64,000 bases of DNA from Pedosphaera sp. (GCA_025359965.1 JANYDC010000027.1:15-64014); one strand, 5' to 3'. Positions 1-9,566 are shown, counted from the stretch's first letter. Made by a program: numbers and translations. The notes: generated by a model from the letters alone, not told the origin.

Positions 1-2073
1 GTGAAGATCGTGGGGGCGGGAATGCATCAAACCACGCTTCAACTAGTTGGCGTCGAGCAGAAATATGATTCAAATTTGATGCCCAAAACAACATCCACCC
101 CCATCATTGCCCAAGCTTTTTCGACCCTTGTTGACGACGTGGAGATCTCGGATCTGACACTGGACTGCAACGGCCACCGGCAGGGGGTGTTCCAGTATGG
201 GCGGATTGTTCAACCCACGGTGATGGTTCATGGGATTTTCCTTTCCGGCAGCAACCTCAGTTTCCGCCGGGTGCGCGTGATCAATTGGGGCACCTTTTCT
301 CCCCGGAATGGTTTGGAGTGTTTTCCCATGGCCGCTGGCGCATCGCCCTACAATAGCTCTCACCCCGTTTTTCAGAACGGATTGATTGAGGATTGCATTG
401 TCGAACAACCCTGCCGCAATCAAGGCCGCGAGAGCACATGCATTGTACTGGGGGGCGGATTGGAGGATTCCGACAGCCGAAAACGGGTCTATTTCAAAAA
501 CGCGCGGGTGCGGAACAATTACGTCAACGGGGAACTGGTTAACCCCACGTATCCGGTCCTCACCGCCAAATCCGGCATCTTCAATTACTCTTATCGCGGC
601 GCGGGCAATCTGTGGACCAACCTTGCCCTGCCTAATACTGCCGTCATCACCAATGATTTTGAATCAGTGGGGCGTTTGGCCAGCACCACTCTGCGACAGT
701 CCGGCGGCACCGTGACCAACCGGCATACCTACACCTACAACGTGGCCGGCCAACGCACCGTCATGGCCCGGACCGATGCCAGCACCGTAACCTACTCCTA
801 TGACAACATCGGCGAGGTAAGCAAAGCCCTTGGCAGCGGCGGGGTTTCCACGGAGAATCTGGGGTACGGATATGACGCGGCCTTTAACCTCTCCAAAAAA
901 ACCAACGGTTCGGTGTCCACCTTCTCGGTGGACAGCAGAAACCAACTGACCAGCGATGGCACCTATCCCTACGCCTACGACGCCAACGGCAACCTGACCA
1001 ACAAAAACACCGGCTACTGGGTTTACAACTACGACGCAGAGAACCGTCTCGTCACCGTCCAAAACGCGGTCTATTACAAAACCACCTTTCAATACGACGG
1101 CAAAAGCCGGTTGAGAAAAAGAGTGGAATGGACCGGCTGGAACGGCAGTTATTTCGCTTCCAGCAACGCAGTCAACTACCTGTACGACGGAATGCGCGTC
1201 ATTCAAGAGAGGGATGACAGCAACACTCCGCTCGTTTCCTACACCCGTGGACTGGACCTGAGCGGGAGTATCGAAGGCGCAGGAGGCATCGGCGGATTAT
1301 TGGCCCGCAGCCACTCCTACTCCGCCGGAAACTGGAACACCCACAGCTTCTACCACGCCGACGGCGGTGGCAACGTCACCATGCTGCTGAACAGCAGCCA
1401 GTCCATGGTGGCCATGTACAAGTACGACCCCTACGGCAACACCCTGACCAGCAGCGGCACACTAGCCAGCGCCAACACCTACCGCTTCAGCAGCAAGGAA
1501 ATCCACGCCAACAGCGGCATGTACTACTACGGCTACCGCTTCTATGACCCGTCTTCACAACGGTGGCTGAATCGGGATCCAATTGAGGAAAAGGGAGGGA
1601 TCAACTTGTATGATTTTTGTGCCAATAATCCATGCAATAAGGTGGATTATCTTGGCCAATGCGGCTCGGACTGCGAGTTTGCTTGTGCGAAATACAAGCC
1701 GGGAAGCCCTGGTGGCTTCGATAAAGACACCGAAGGTGCAATAGTCTGTTGCGATGGTAAACCTATTACCTGTGTCTACAAAACTTCTCCAAACTCAAAA
1801 GCAAACGACATTTTGAAAAAATGTATTTCAAAGCATGAAAACTCTCACATAGATCAAAGTGAGCCATGTCCGCCCGATGGCATTGCAAAAGGAGGTAAAG
1901 CGAAAAATAAGAATAAAATGGCATCCGATGAGTGCAACGCTTGGAGAATTTCATTAGATTGTTACACCAAGTCTATTGGGGATTGTGGTGGCGATAAGGC
2001 CTGCGAAGACGCCGTATGGGCTGCGATCTATGACGCATTAAACACTTTGGAGAACATGAAATGCCCAAAATGA
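1..2073 (+). CDS. RHS/YD-repeat polymorphic toxin (5-prime truncated by window edge) with Cys-rich C-terminal toxin tip
   Basis: ORF open from base 1. Multiple YD motifs (YDANGNLT, YDAENRLV, YQYDGKSRL, YKYDPYGNTL). RHS repeat-associated core signature YRFSSKEI...YYYGYRFYDPSSQRWLNRDPIEEKGGINLYDFCANNPCNKVD. Followed by an unrelated 137-aa Cys-rich tail. Confidence 0.85.
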   Translation: MKIVGAGMHQTTLQLVGVEQKYDSNLMPKTTSTPIIAQAFSTLVDDVEISDLTLDCNGHRQGVFQYGRIVQPTVMVHGIFLSGSNLSFRRVRVINWGTFSPRNGLECFPMAAGASPYNSSHPVFQNGLIEDCIVEQPCRNQGRESTCIVLGGGLEDSDSRKRVYFKNARVRNNYVNGELVNPTYPVLTAKSGIFNYSYRGAGNLWTNLALPNTAVITNDFESVGRLASTTLRQSGGTVTNRHTYTYNVAGQRTVMARTDASTVTYSYDNIGEVSKALGSGGVSTENLGYGYDAAFNLSKKTNGSVSTFSVDSRNQLTSDGTYPYAYDANGNLTNKNTGYWVYNYDAENRLVTVQNAVYYKTTFQYDGKSRLRKRVEWTGWNGSYFASSNAVNYLYDGMRVIQERDDSNTPLVSYTRGLDLSGSIEGAGGIGGLLARSHSYSAGNWNTHSFYHADGGGNVTMLLNSSQSMVAMYKYDPYGNTLTSSGTLASANTYRFSSKEIHANSGMYYYGYRFYDPSSQRWLNRDPIEEKGGINLYDFCANNPCNKVDYLGQCGSDCEFACAKYKPGSPGGFDKDTEGAIVCCDGKPITCVYKTSPNSKANDILKKCISKHENSHIDQSEPCPPDGIAKGGKAKNKNKMASDECNAWRISLDCYTKSIGDCGGDKACEDAVWAAIYDALNTLENMKCPK
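1660..2070 (+). other. Variable C-terminal toxin module of the RHS protein (about 137 aa, 16 Cys, HENSH = HExxH motif around nt 1834-1848). Lower GC than the upstream repeat region
   Basis: Begins immediately after the core-domain end ...NKVDYLGQ. Contains CxxxC and CC pairs and KHENSHIDQSEPC. The DNA here is visibly A/T-richer (runs such as aaaacttctccaaactcaaaagcaaacgacattttgaaaaaatg). Confidence 0.6.
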
Positions 2074-2666
2074 AAACTCAGATTGCGAGTGTCGGCATGT
2101 TCTTTTTGTCGGCTGCCGTACTAGTCGCCCAGAATCAATTCCCATTGGGCCCCACCTCTGCCACTAATTTAATTTTTGTCTGGCAAGATCGGAGCCCAAC
2201 CTTCGGCGTGCGTCGGGCATTGGAGGTGTCTTTGGAAGGTCAGGCGACGATTTTCGTTTCCAACCTTGTCTTCAAGACGACAAAAATTCCTGCCGCGACT
2301 TTCACGAGCCTGACAAACCAGTTAACAGGATTACTGTTGAGAGCAAATGGGTATACCAACAGTTCTTTAGGGATGAACATGTTCGATGTCGGTTGCGACC
2401 AAGTCAGAGCTGCGGTCAATGGACTTAGCTTGGAACTCGAGTCTGTACACCCGCACCTTACAGATACCCCCGGCGAAATGTGGATGGAAGGCGGTGAGAA
2501 AGTGCGGAAAAAAGGGGAGTCCAAAGCAAAAGCACTTGAACAATCCTCTAGAGAATACCAGCAATTTCGCAAGCTCTGGAATGATCTGGAGGTGATCATG
2601 AACAAGCATGGAGTCCCGGCACCAGGGAGAAAATGGGAAGCCCCGCTCGACGAGGAAAACCCTTGA
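2061..2666 (+). CDS. Secreted small protein, putative cognate immunity protein of the RHS toxin
   Basis: ATG overlaps the toxin stop by 13 nt. N-terminus MPKMKTQIASVGMFFLSAAVLVAQNQ is a signal peptide. Position directly 3-prime of a polymorphic toxin tip. No recognisable family. Competing antisense ORFs 2240-2671 and 2367-2609 judged to be shadows. Confidence 0.5.
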   Translation: MPKMKTQIASVGMFFLSAAVLVAQNQFPLGPTSATNLIFVWQDRSPTFGVRRALEVSLEGQATIFVSNLVFKTTKIPAATFTSLTNQLTGLLLRANGYTNSSLGMNMFDVGCDQVRAAVNGLSLELESVHPHLTDTPGEMWMEGGEKVRKKGESKAKALEQSSREYQQFRKLWNDLEVIMNKHGVPAPGRKWEAPLDEENP

Positions 2667-2734
2667 GTCACAAAAACAAGAACCCTTAATGGTTTGGCCT
2701 TGCTTGTGCGGCGGTTTGGGCCTAACTACAAAAC

Positions 2735-4081
2735 ATGAACCGCCGCGAATTTCTTCAGCTCAGCGCTGCCAGCGCCGCCGCTTCCGCTTTGGGCAAATCG
2801 GCCTTTGCTGATGTCATCAATGGAAAACCCAAACGCGTCGGCCTCATCGGCCCAGGCTGGTATGGCAAAGCCGATCTCTTTCGGTTGATCCAAGTCGCCC
2901 CGGTCGAAGTCGTGTCCCTCTGCGATGTAGACAAGAAGATGCTGAACGATGCGGCGGACATGGTAGCCCAACGGCAGGTTTCCAAGAAGCGTCCCCGCAC
3001 TTATGCCGACTACCGGCAGATGCTGAAGGAGAAGGATCTGGATATCGTGCTCATTGCCACCCCTGATCATTGGCATGCCCTGTCCATGATCGAAGCGGTC
3101 GAGGCAGGCGCGGATATTTATGTGCAAAAGCCCATCAGCGTCGACGTGCGCGAGGGTCAGGCCATGCTGGCGGCGGCACGCAGAACCAAGCGCGTAGTGC
3201 AGGTCGGCACCCAGCGCCGCAGCACTCCCCACCTCATCGAGGCCCGTGATCGTTTTCTAAAGACGGGCGCGCTGGGCAACATCGGCATGGTGGAGATTTA
3301 CTGCTACTACCACATGCGCAATGGCAGCAACCCGCCCGACACCGCGCCGCCCGAGAATCTTGATTACGAGATGTGGACCGGCCCCGCGCCCATGCGCCCC
3401 TACAATTCCATCGTCCACCCACGCGGTTGGCGTGCTTTCATGGAGTACGGCAACGGCATCGTCGGCGATATGTGCGTCCACATGCTCGATATGGTGCGGT
3501 GGTCCATGGAACTCGGTTGGCCTGATCGCGTAACTTCCACGGGCGGGATCCTTTCGGACAAGACGGCCAAGGCCAATATTTCAGACACCCAGGGGGCCGT
3601 CTTCCAGTTTGGCAACCTGCCCGTCATCTGGCAGCACCGCAGCTACGGCCACGCCGCCGATCCCAAATATCCATGGGGCGCGACCATCTACGGCGACAAG
3701 GGCACCCTCAAAATGAGCGTCCAAGGCTATGATTTCATCCCCATGAGGGGCGACGCCATCCATAAGGATGTCGTTTACGAGTTCGACAAATATCCCGAGG
3801 ATAAAACCGAAAAGGATCTCGAAACCCACGTTGCCCCAGCCATTCGCGGCCACATGAATGATCTGCTGGCCAACATCGCCACGCGCGGCCGGCCGGTGGC
3901 GGATATCGAGCAGGGCTACATCTCTTCGACCTCCTGCATCCTGGCCAATCTCTCCATGAAACTGGGCGGACGCTCCTTGAAATGGGATTCCGTGAAACAG
4001 GAAGTGGCAAATGATCCTGAAGCCAACGCCCAGCTGGCACGTCCCTATCGCGCCCCTTGGAAACATCCTTATGCGGCTTAA
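2735..4081 (+). CDS. Gfo/Idh/MocA family oxidoreductase, TAT-exported (periplasmic)
   Basis: MNRREFLQLSAASAAASALGKSAFA twin-arginine signal. VGLIGPGWYG Rossmann motif. IATPDHWHA and QKP motifs typical of the family. Confidence 0.9.
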   Translation: MNRREFLQLSAASAAASALGKSAFADVINGKPKRVGLIGPGWYGKADLFRLIQVAPVEVVSLCDVDKKMLNDAADMVAQRQVSKKRPRTYADYRQMLKEKDLDIVLIATPDHWHALSMIEAVEAGADIYVQKPISVDVREGQAMLAAARRTKRVVQVGTQRRSTPHLIEARDRFLKTGALGNIGMVEIYCYYHMRNGSNPPDTAPPENLDYEMWTGPAPMRPYNSIVHPRGWRAFMEYGNGIVGDMCVHMLDMVRWSMELGWPDRVTSTGGILSDKTAKANISDTQGAVFQFGNLPVIWQHRSYGHAADPKYPWGATIYGDKGTLKMSVQGYDFIPMRGDAIHKDVVYEFDKYPEDKTEKDLETHVAPAIRGHMNDLLANIATRGRPVADIEQGYISSTSCILANLSMKLGGRSLKWDSVKQEVANDPEANAQLARPYRAPWKHPYAA

Positions 4082-4703
4082 ACCTATCCGCCTTCTCGCA
4101 GGCTTCGCCCTACTGCTCTCGGCCTTCACCGCCACAGCCCAAACCGCTGTTCCGTTGTTTAACGGAACCAATCTGACCGGATGGAAAGCCGTTTCATTTG
4201 GAGGCGAGGGAGAAGTCAGCATCGAAAAAGGCGAACTCCGACTGCCAGCCGGAGCCGCCATGACCGGCGTGGCCTATACCAACAAAGTCCCCTCAGACCG
4301 ATACGAACTGGTCGTGGAAGCCAAGAAAATCGACGGCAACGATTTCTTTGCCACCATCACGTTCCCGGTGGGCACCAATTTCTGCTCTCTGGTCACCGGA
4401 GGATGGGGAGGAGCCGTCGTGGGACTTTCAAGCGTGGATGGCCAGGATGCCTCTGAAAACGAAACCACCAAGTACATCAAGTTCGAGCGGGAACAGTGGT
4501 ACACCTTTAAGATTCAAGTCACACCTGAGAATATCTCGGCCTGGGTGGATACCAACCAGGTGATTAAACTTCCTTTGGCCAACCGCAAGATCAGTCTGCG
4601 GCGCGGTTCCATCGACCTTTGCAAACCCCTGGGCCTGGCCAGTTACCAGACCACTTCATCCATCCGTAAAATAGAACTTCGGCCCCTGCCCGAAAAGCAG
4701 TGA
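4071..4703 (+). CDS. DUF1080 (3-keto-disaccharide hydrolase-like) secreted protein
   Basis: Start MRLKPIRLLAGFALLLSAFTATAQT (signal peptide), overlapping the upstream stop. LFNGTNLTGWK motif typical of DUF1080. Confidence 0.8.
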   Translation: MRLKPIRLLAGFALLLSAFTATAQTAVPLFNGTNLTGWKAVSFGGEGEVSIEKGELRLPAGAAMTGVAYTNKVPSDRYELVVEAKKIDGNDFFATITFPVGTNFCSLVTGGWGGAVVGLSSVDGQDASENETTKYIKFEREQWYTFKIQVTPENISAWVDTNQVIKLPLANRKISLRRGSIDLCKPLGLASYQTTSSIRKIELRPLPEKQ

Positions 4704-4736
4704 GCCGAAGTGGCGTTAAAACGTGTGCTGAAGTGA

Positions 4737-5465
4737 TTAGTTTCGGCCCTGGAATTTCCTGAGCAGGTTCAGAATTTCCACATAGATCCAGACCAGGGTA
4801 ACGACCAGTGAAAAGGCCGCGTACCATTCCATGTACAGCGGGGCTCCACGGTCGATCCCGTCTTCAATCACAGCGAAATCGAGGATCAGGTTCATTGCGG
4901 CAATACCAACAACCAACAGGCTGAAACCAATGCTGAGAGTGCTGCTGCCCTGCATGACAGGAGCAATGCCGAACATGCTTAGCACCAAGGAAACCAGATA
5001 AAACACCAAAATACCCGCCGTGGCCGCCACGACGCCCTTCACAAATCGGGGAGTGGCCCGCAGCCAGCCCATGCGATAAACGGCCAGCATAACCAGCAAG
5101 ACGCTCAGGGTAAGTCCAACCGCGTTAAGGACCAGCCCGGGATATTTGGTTTCAAACAAAGCCGAAAGTCCTCCCAGAAACAAGCCCTTGCACAAGGCAT
5201 AGCAAGGGGCGGTGAACGCGGCCCACTCGGATTTAAACACGGTGACCAGACAAAGCACCAATGCGCCGATCATGCCCCCGAAGACCCAGGGAACGTAATT
5301 CTCGCCATGAGTCACCTGATACCAGGTGTACGTTGCCGAGCAAAACACCAAAAACAGCAGGGCCGCTGTTTTCATGATCGTGCCGTTGAGAGACATGCGA
5401 GTGCCGACCAAAGAGTCCGACGCATTCGCAAAACCGCGTTTTAAAACAGGATTTGAGCTTTCCAT
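4737..5465 (-). CDS. Bax inhibitor-1/YccA family membrane protein
   Basis: About 240 aa, 7 predicted TM helices, C-terminal ...WIYVEILNLLRKF characteristic of BI-1/YccA. Start taken at MESSNPVLKRG. Confidence 0.75.
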   Translation of the reverse strand: MESSNPVLKRGFANASDSLVGTRMSLNGTIMKTAALLFLVFCSATYTWYQVTHGENYVPWVFGGMIGALVLCLVTVFKSEWAAFTAPCYALCKGLFLGGLSALFETKYPGLVLNAVGLTLSVLLVMLAVYRMGWLRATPRFVKGVVAATAGILVFYLVSLVLSMFGIAPVMQGSSTLSIGFSLLVVGIAAMNLILDFAVIEDGIDRGAPLYMEWYAAFSLVVTLVWIYVEILNLLRKFQGRN

Positions 5466-5572
5466 ATACCTAATAAAGTTGTGGTCAATGTGGAACATTC
5501 CACGCAGGACGCAACCAAAATCGGCGATGCGCTCACCTTTCCCCTTGCGCGAATAACCACACTCTTCATCCT

Positions 5573-6973
5573 TTGGCCATGCGTATCACCTTCCTCGGAG
5601 CCGTCCGAACCACCACTGGCTCGCAGTATCTGCTCGAGGTCAACGGCAAAAAACTTTTGCTGGAGTGCGGCCTCTACCAAGGGCACCGGGATGAGGCGCG
5701 CGACCGCAACTGTTGCTTCAAATTCAACCCCGCCGAGATCGATGCGGTCATCCTGTCCCACGCCCACATTGACCATTGCGGAAACCTGCCGAACTTGTGC
5801 AAGCAGGGTTTCAAGGGAAGCATCTACTGCACTTTCGCCACGCGGGATCTGGCCAGCATTATGTTGGAGGACAGTGCGCGGATCCAAACATCCGACGCGG
5901 CCTACGTTTCCAAGAAACGAGCCAAGCAGGGTCTGCCCCCCGTCCAGGCGCTCTATAGCGTGACGGAAGCTGAAGTGGCGCTCCGCCAATTTGTGGCCTT
6001 GGGATACGACCGCCCGATTTCCGTTGAGGATGGCGTCAAGCTGACCTTCAAGGAGGCAGGCCATATCCTCGGCTCAGCCCAAATCGTTTTGGACATCAAT
6101 GAAAACGGACGCAAATACCGGTATCTGTTCACCGGCGACGTGGGACGGGGTGGTGACTTGATTCTGCGCGATCCGGTGGGCGTTGAGAATGTGGACTATC
6201 TTCAGATTGAAAGCACCTATGGCAACCGACTGCACGAGGCGAAGTCCTCGGTGGAAGCCAGCATCGTACCCTTGGTGAAGGACACCATCCGCCAGGGAGG
6301 CAAAGTGATCATCCCCGCCTTCGCCGTGGGCCGCACTCAGGAGATTGTCTATGCCCTGAACCGCATCATCAAAGAGGAACAGCTTCCGCGAGTGCCAATC
6401 TTCGTGGACAGCCCGCTGGCGGTCAACGCCACCGAAGTCCACCGGTTGCATCCAGAGTGCTTTAATGCCGAAGTCTACCAATTTTTGCGCGAGGTCCGGA
6501 ATCCCTTTGAGATGGAGGACCTCACCTACATCAGGACAGTGCAAGAATCGAAAAATATTAATGAAATCATTGGCCCGGCCATTGTCATCAGCGCCTCCGG
6601 CATGGCCGAAGCGGGACGCATCCTGCACCACTTGAAAAACGGGATTGGCAACCCTGTGAACTTGATTCTTTTCGTGGGTTATTGCGCTGAGAACACGCTG
6701 GGCGCACAAATACTTTCAGGCAAAAGCCCCGTCAACATTTTGGGCGAACCCCATGCGGTCAGAGCACGCGTGGCAAAAATGGACGCTCTGTCAGGCCACG
6801 CGGATCGCCACGAATTGGAGGCCCACGTTCGCCGGATGACCGGCAACATTAAGAAGGCTTTTGTGGTCCACGGCGAGGAGGAGCAATCACTGGCTTTCGC
6901 CACATTGCTCGGCACGCTTTTGCCAGGGGCTGAAGTGCTGGTGCCAACTCTGGGGCAGTCAGTGGAGATTTAA
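5573..6973 (+). CDS. MBL-fold beta-CASP family RNA-metabolising hydrolase
   Basis: MAMRITFLGAVRTTTGSQYLLE...HAHIDHCGNLP (HxHxDH metallo-beta-lactamase motif). Length 466 aa with beta-CASP C-terminal region. Confidence 0.85.
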   Translation: MAMRITFLGAVRTTTGSQYLLEVNGKKLLLECGLYQGHRDEARDRNCCFKFNPAEIDAVILSHAHIDHCGNLPNLCKQGFKGSIYCTFATRDLASIMLEDSARIQTSDAAYVSKKRAKQGLPPVQALYSVTEAEVALRQFVALGYDRPISVEDGVKLTFKEAGHILGSAQIVLDINENGRKYRYLFTGDVGRGGDLILRDPVGVENVDYLQIESTYGNRLHEAKSSVEASIVPLVKDTIRQGGKVIIPAFAVGRTQEIVYALNRIIKEEQLPRVPIFVDSPLAVNATEVHRLHPECFNAEVYQFLREVRNPFEMEDLTYIRTVQESKNINEIIGPAIVISASGMAEAGRILHHLKNGIGNPVNLILFVGYCAENTLGAQILSGKSPVNILGEPHAVRARVAKMDALSGHADRHELEAHVRRMTGNIKKAFVVHGEEEQSLAFATLLGTLLPGAEVLVPTLGQSVEI

Positions 6974-7578
6974 AGCACGATGTCCTCGGCGCGAACCTCC
7001 AGGCATTCATCCTGATCCTCCCAAATGGCGGCAGGATAAAACTCGAGCAAGCGCAACGCATGCTGACGCCCGCAGACCACCAGCAAACGCTCCGCTTCGG
7101 ACGCAGCGGTCTCAACTGCTTCCTCATAGTCGTAGCAATCAGACTTCTGATTTTCATCCCAGTGAGCCACCTCATGAATGGGATGGTATTCATCAGCCCA
7201 CGCTTTGAAAGGCCGCTGGAGTTCAGGGGGTAAATCCTCAAATGGAACGGCCGTGCCACTGCAATGCTCACAGATTAGGCCGGTGTTGGGGACATCCCGG
7301 GTCAGCAAAGGCAAGAGCGGAGCCCTGCAGCAGGGAGACTCCGTGTAGTTCCCCGGCATCGAAACCAGCCTTTTCAACCAGACTTGGCGTTCATGACCGA
7401 GGCCCGCCGCCAAACGATACGCACCCACCAGCGGGTGGGAAAGTCGCCATGCACGCCCCTGCATCTGGGTGAGTGTTTGAGACATCCAACGGGCGAGGCT
7501 CAAATCATCAAAATCCCGCAAAGGAAGGGTGTACTCCTTCCAAAGACGTTCAAGCGGATCATCAGGATTTTTCGACAT
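6970..7578 (-). CDS. Hypothetical protein with CC...CxxC Cys cluster and HEVAH motif
   Basis: Start MSKNPDDPLERLW. Contains CCRAPLL...CEHCSGT and IHEVAHWDENQ. No family recognised. Confidence 0.5.
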   Translation of the reverse strand: MSKNPDDPLERLWKEYTLPLRDFDDLSLARWMSQTLTQMQGRAWRLSHPLVGAYRLAAGLGHERQVWLKRLVSMPGNYTESPCCRAPLLPLLTRDVPNTGLICEHCSGTAVPFEDLPPELQRPFKAWADEYHPIHEVAHWDENQKSDCYDYEEAVETAASEAERLLVVCGRQHALRLLEFYPAAIWEDQDECLEVRAEDIVL

Positions 7579-7684
7579 GGTCGGGCAAACTATCCATTGC
7601 GGGCTTGTGCTCCAAGGATTAAGTGGGCCTAAGAAGCAAGGCATGAACGCCATGCACACTCAAATAACGCATCGAAGGCTACTG

Positions 7685-8440
7685 TTAACGTGCTTGGGAA
7701 GCCCCTGCACTCAACTTTTCGCCTCGAACCAACCTACCTGTGTTGACGCCTTTACCTGGGCGTCTAGCGAGGAGTTTGGTTAACCGGAGAAGATCCTCCT
7801 CATCAACGTCCACAAAAGAATCGAGTGACCGAATAGCGGCGACAACCTCTTCGTGCGTGGGTGAATCCAAGAAATCATCCGCCACCATCCTTAACGGGCG
7901 GGCGGGACTGTTCAAAATGGCCGGATAACGCCGCCATTTGAAAAAGCTATTGATGATAATGGCCAGGAACACCATAAGCAGGGCATTGGCGAGCACCGGA
8001 AAGAACACAAATTTAAAACCCAAACTGCGTATCGCGTCTCCACCCATCACCGCTGTGAACGCCGTGGCACCACCGGGCGGATGGATGCACTTGAACTGAT
8101 GCATCGCTCCTATGGCTAAACCCACCGCACATGCAGCCGCGATGATCGGCTGAGAAATGAGGTGAACGCAGGCAACCCCAATGACAGCGGAAAATCCATG
8201 GCCGGCAATGACCGGCCATGGCTGCGACAGCTGGCCGTGAGGCGCGGCGAAGAGCAAAACTGCGCTGGCCCCCATTGATGTGATCACTGCCATGGCTCCG
8301 GCTTCGGGCAATGCCCATCGCGAAAAAATGATAAGAGCCAGTATTGAAAGCCCCCCTCCGAGGGAGGCGACCACTTTCTCGGAGACGCTGACTTCGATCA
8401 GTTCAATTCCAAGCCATTTATGCAGGGTGAGTTTGGGCAT
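7685..8440 (-). CDS. HPP family membrane protein with C-terminal CBS-like region
   Basis: MPKLTLHKWLGIELIEVSV... followed by 4-5 hydrophobic helices typical of the HPP family. Start chosen so as not to overlap the upstream MarR gene. Confidence 0.7.
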   Translation of the reverse strand: MPKLTLHKWLGIELIEVSVSEKVVASLGGGLSILALIIFSRWALPEAGAMAVITSMGASAVLLFAAPHGQLSQPWPVIAGHGFSAVIGVACVHLISQPIIAAACAVGLAIGAMHQFKCIHPPGGATAFTAVMGGDAIRSLGFKFVFFPVLANALLMVFLAIIINSFFKWRRYPAILNSPARPLRMVADDFLDSPTHEEVVAAIRSLDSFVDVDEEDLLRLTKLLARRPGKGVNTGRLVRGEKLSAGASQAR

Positions 8441-8495
8441 TCGGGGTGGGTTGAGTCCAAAAACAATGATCTTCCTGGTGATTGTCCCAGAGGCT

Positions 8496-8966
8496 TCAGG
8501 TCCTCGCTTCGGCACGTTTTGCATCGAGGAGCGACAACGACTGCTTGTCGCCATTGCCAAGACGCTCCAGCAACTGCTTTAGCTCCGGTCCAATTTTATC
8601 CAACTGTGCTTTATGGGCCGATGATAGATTGTCCAGAATTTGCTCTCCGCGCGTGGTCAGCAGAACATGAACTTGCCGACGGTCATCCGATGATTGTTCG
8701 CGCGTAAGGAGGCTCAGGTCCACCATTCGATCCACCAACTCAACCGTGCTGTTGGGACGAAGCTGCAGCCGTTCCGCCAATTCACCAACTGTAACCGCAT
8801 CGCGTCCGGGAAATCCCTTGATCGCCAGCAGTGCCTGATGTTGTTGAGGCGTCAGCCCAGCCTCCTGCGCGGCATTCTCGCTGAAACGAAGAAACTGTCG
8901 CAAGGCGTAGCGAAAAGCGGCGAGACTCTCGTATTGGGCTTTGGAAAGTTTTTTTTGGGTAACCAT
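8496..8966 (-). CDS. MarR family transcriptional regulator
   Basis: 156 aa. Winged-helix region LTPQQHQALLAIKGFPGRDAVTVGELAERLQLRPNSTVELVDRMVDLSLLTREQSSDDRRQVHVLLTTRGEQI. Confidence 0.85.
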   Translation of the reverse strand: MVTQKKLSKAQYESLAAFRYALRQFLRFSENAAQEAGLTPQQHQALLAIKGFPGRDAVTVGELAERLQLRPNSTVELVDRMVDLSLLTREQSSDDRRQVHVLLTTRGEQILDNLSSAHKAQLDKIGPELKQLLERLGNGDKQSLSLLDAKRAEART

Positions 8967-9179
8967 TCAAATGGAAGACACACTCAACCAGTTTGCAAAC
9001 AGCACTACCGAGTTGACTTGTATCGTTCTACGACATATTGTTCAGCCGTACTTGTGGAAGTCAAGCGTCCAAATCTGCTTCCACTCACTCAATATCGTCA
9101 TTCATGATCTGGAAAATATTCCTGCTAAAATCGTTAATCGCCGCCCTTTCGGGTTGGGCGATTTTGAATTTGCTCTGAT

Positions 9180-9566
9180 ATGAAAAGCTTCGCCTACCTG
9201 CGCGACAGGCTCTTCCTCTTTGGGTGCGCGGTGTATGCCATTAATCGCTGGCTCGTGAAACCGCACTTTTCCGATGGATTTTTTCACTCCTACTTTAACG
9301 ACCTTTGGCTGATCCCCTGCGCATTGCCGATTGTCCTCTGGTTGCATCGCGAACTGGGCTTGCGAATGGACGATGATTTTCCGCGAGTCGCCGAAATAGT
9401 GTCTCATCTTATTTTCTGGTCTGTATTATTCGAGTGGATCGGACCCAAATGGGTTTCACATACCACGTCCGACCCACTCGATGTGCTGGCTTATGGCGCA
9501 GGCGCGATGGCAGCGGGGCTCTGGTGGCGTCGCGAGCAGTGGGCGAACCGGTTTTCCCGACCATGA
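9180..9566 (+). CDS. Small polytopic membrane protein (possibly DUF2809/VanZ-like)
   Basis: 128 aa with 3-4 hydrophobic segments. Divergent from marR. Family assignment from weak motif memory only. Confidence 0.45.
   Translation: MKSFAYLRDRLFLFGCAVYAINRWLVKPHFSDGFFHSYFNDLWLIPCALPIVLWLHRELGLRMDDDFPRVAEIVSHLIFWSVLFEWIGPKWVSHTTSDPLDVLAYGAGAMAAGLWWRREQWANRFSRP

Noticed and set aside
664-1206. 180-aa minus-strand ORF inside the RHS gene (similar antisense ORFs at 3581-4261, 6074-6709, 41704-42438, 49584-50303, 52490-52996, 57631-58068 etc.)
   Set aside because: These are shadow ORFs expected in GC-rich coding DNA. The opposite-strand genes have strong family signatures and these have none.
2240-2671. 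Minus-strand 143-aa ORF antisense to the putative immunity gene
   Set aside because: No signal or domain. The plus-strand ORF is positioned and coupled like an immunity gene. Kept at low weight only.
8694-9107. 137-aa plus-strand ORF overlapping marR
   Set aside because: Antisense to a well-supported MarR gene. No SD or domain.
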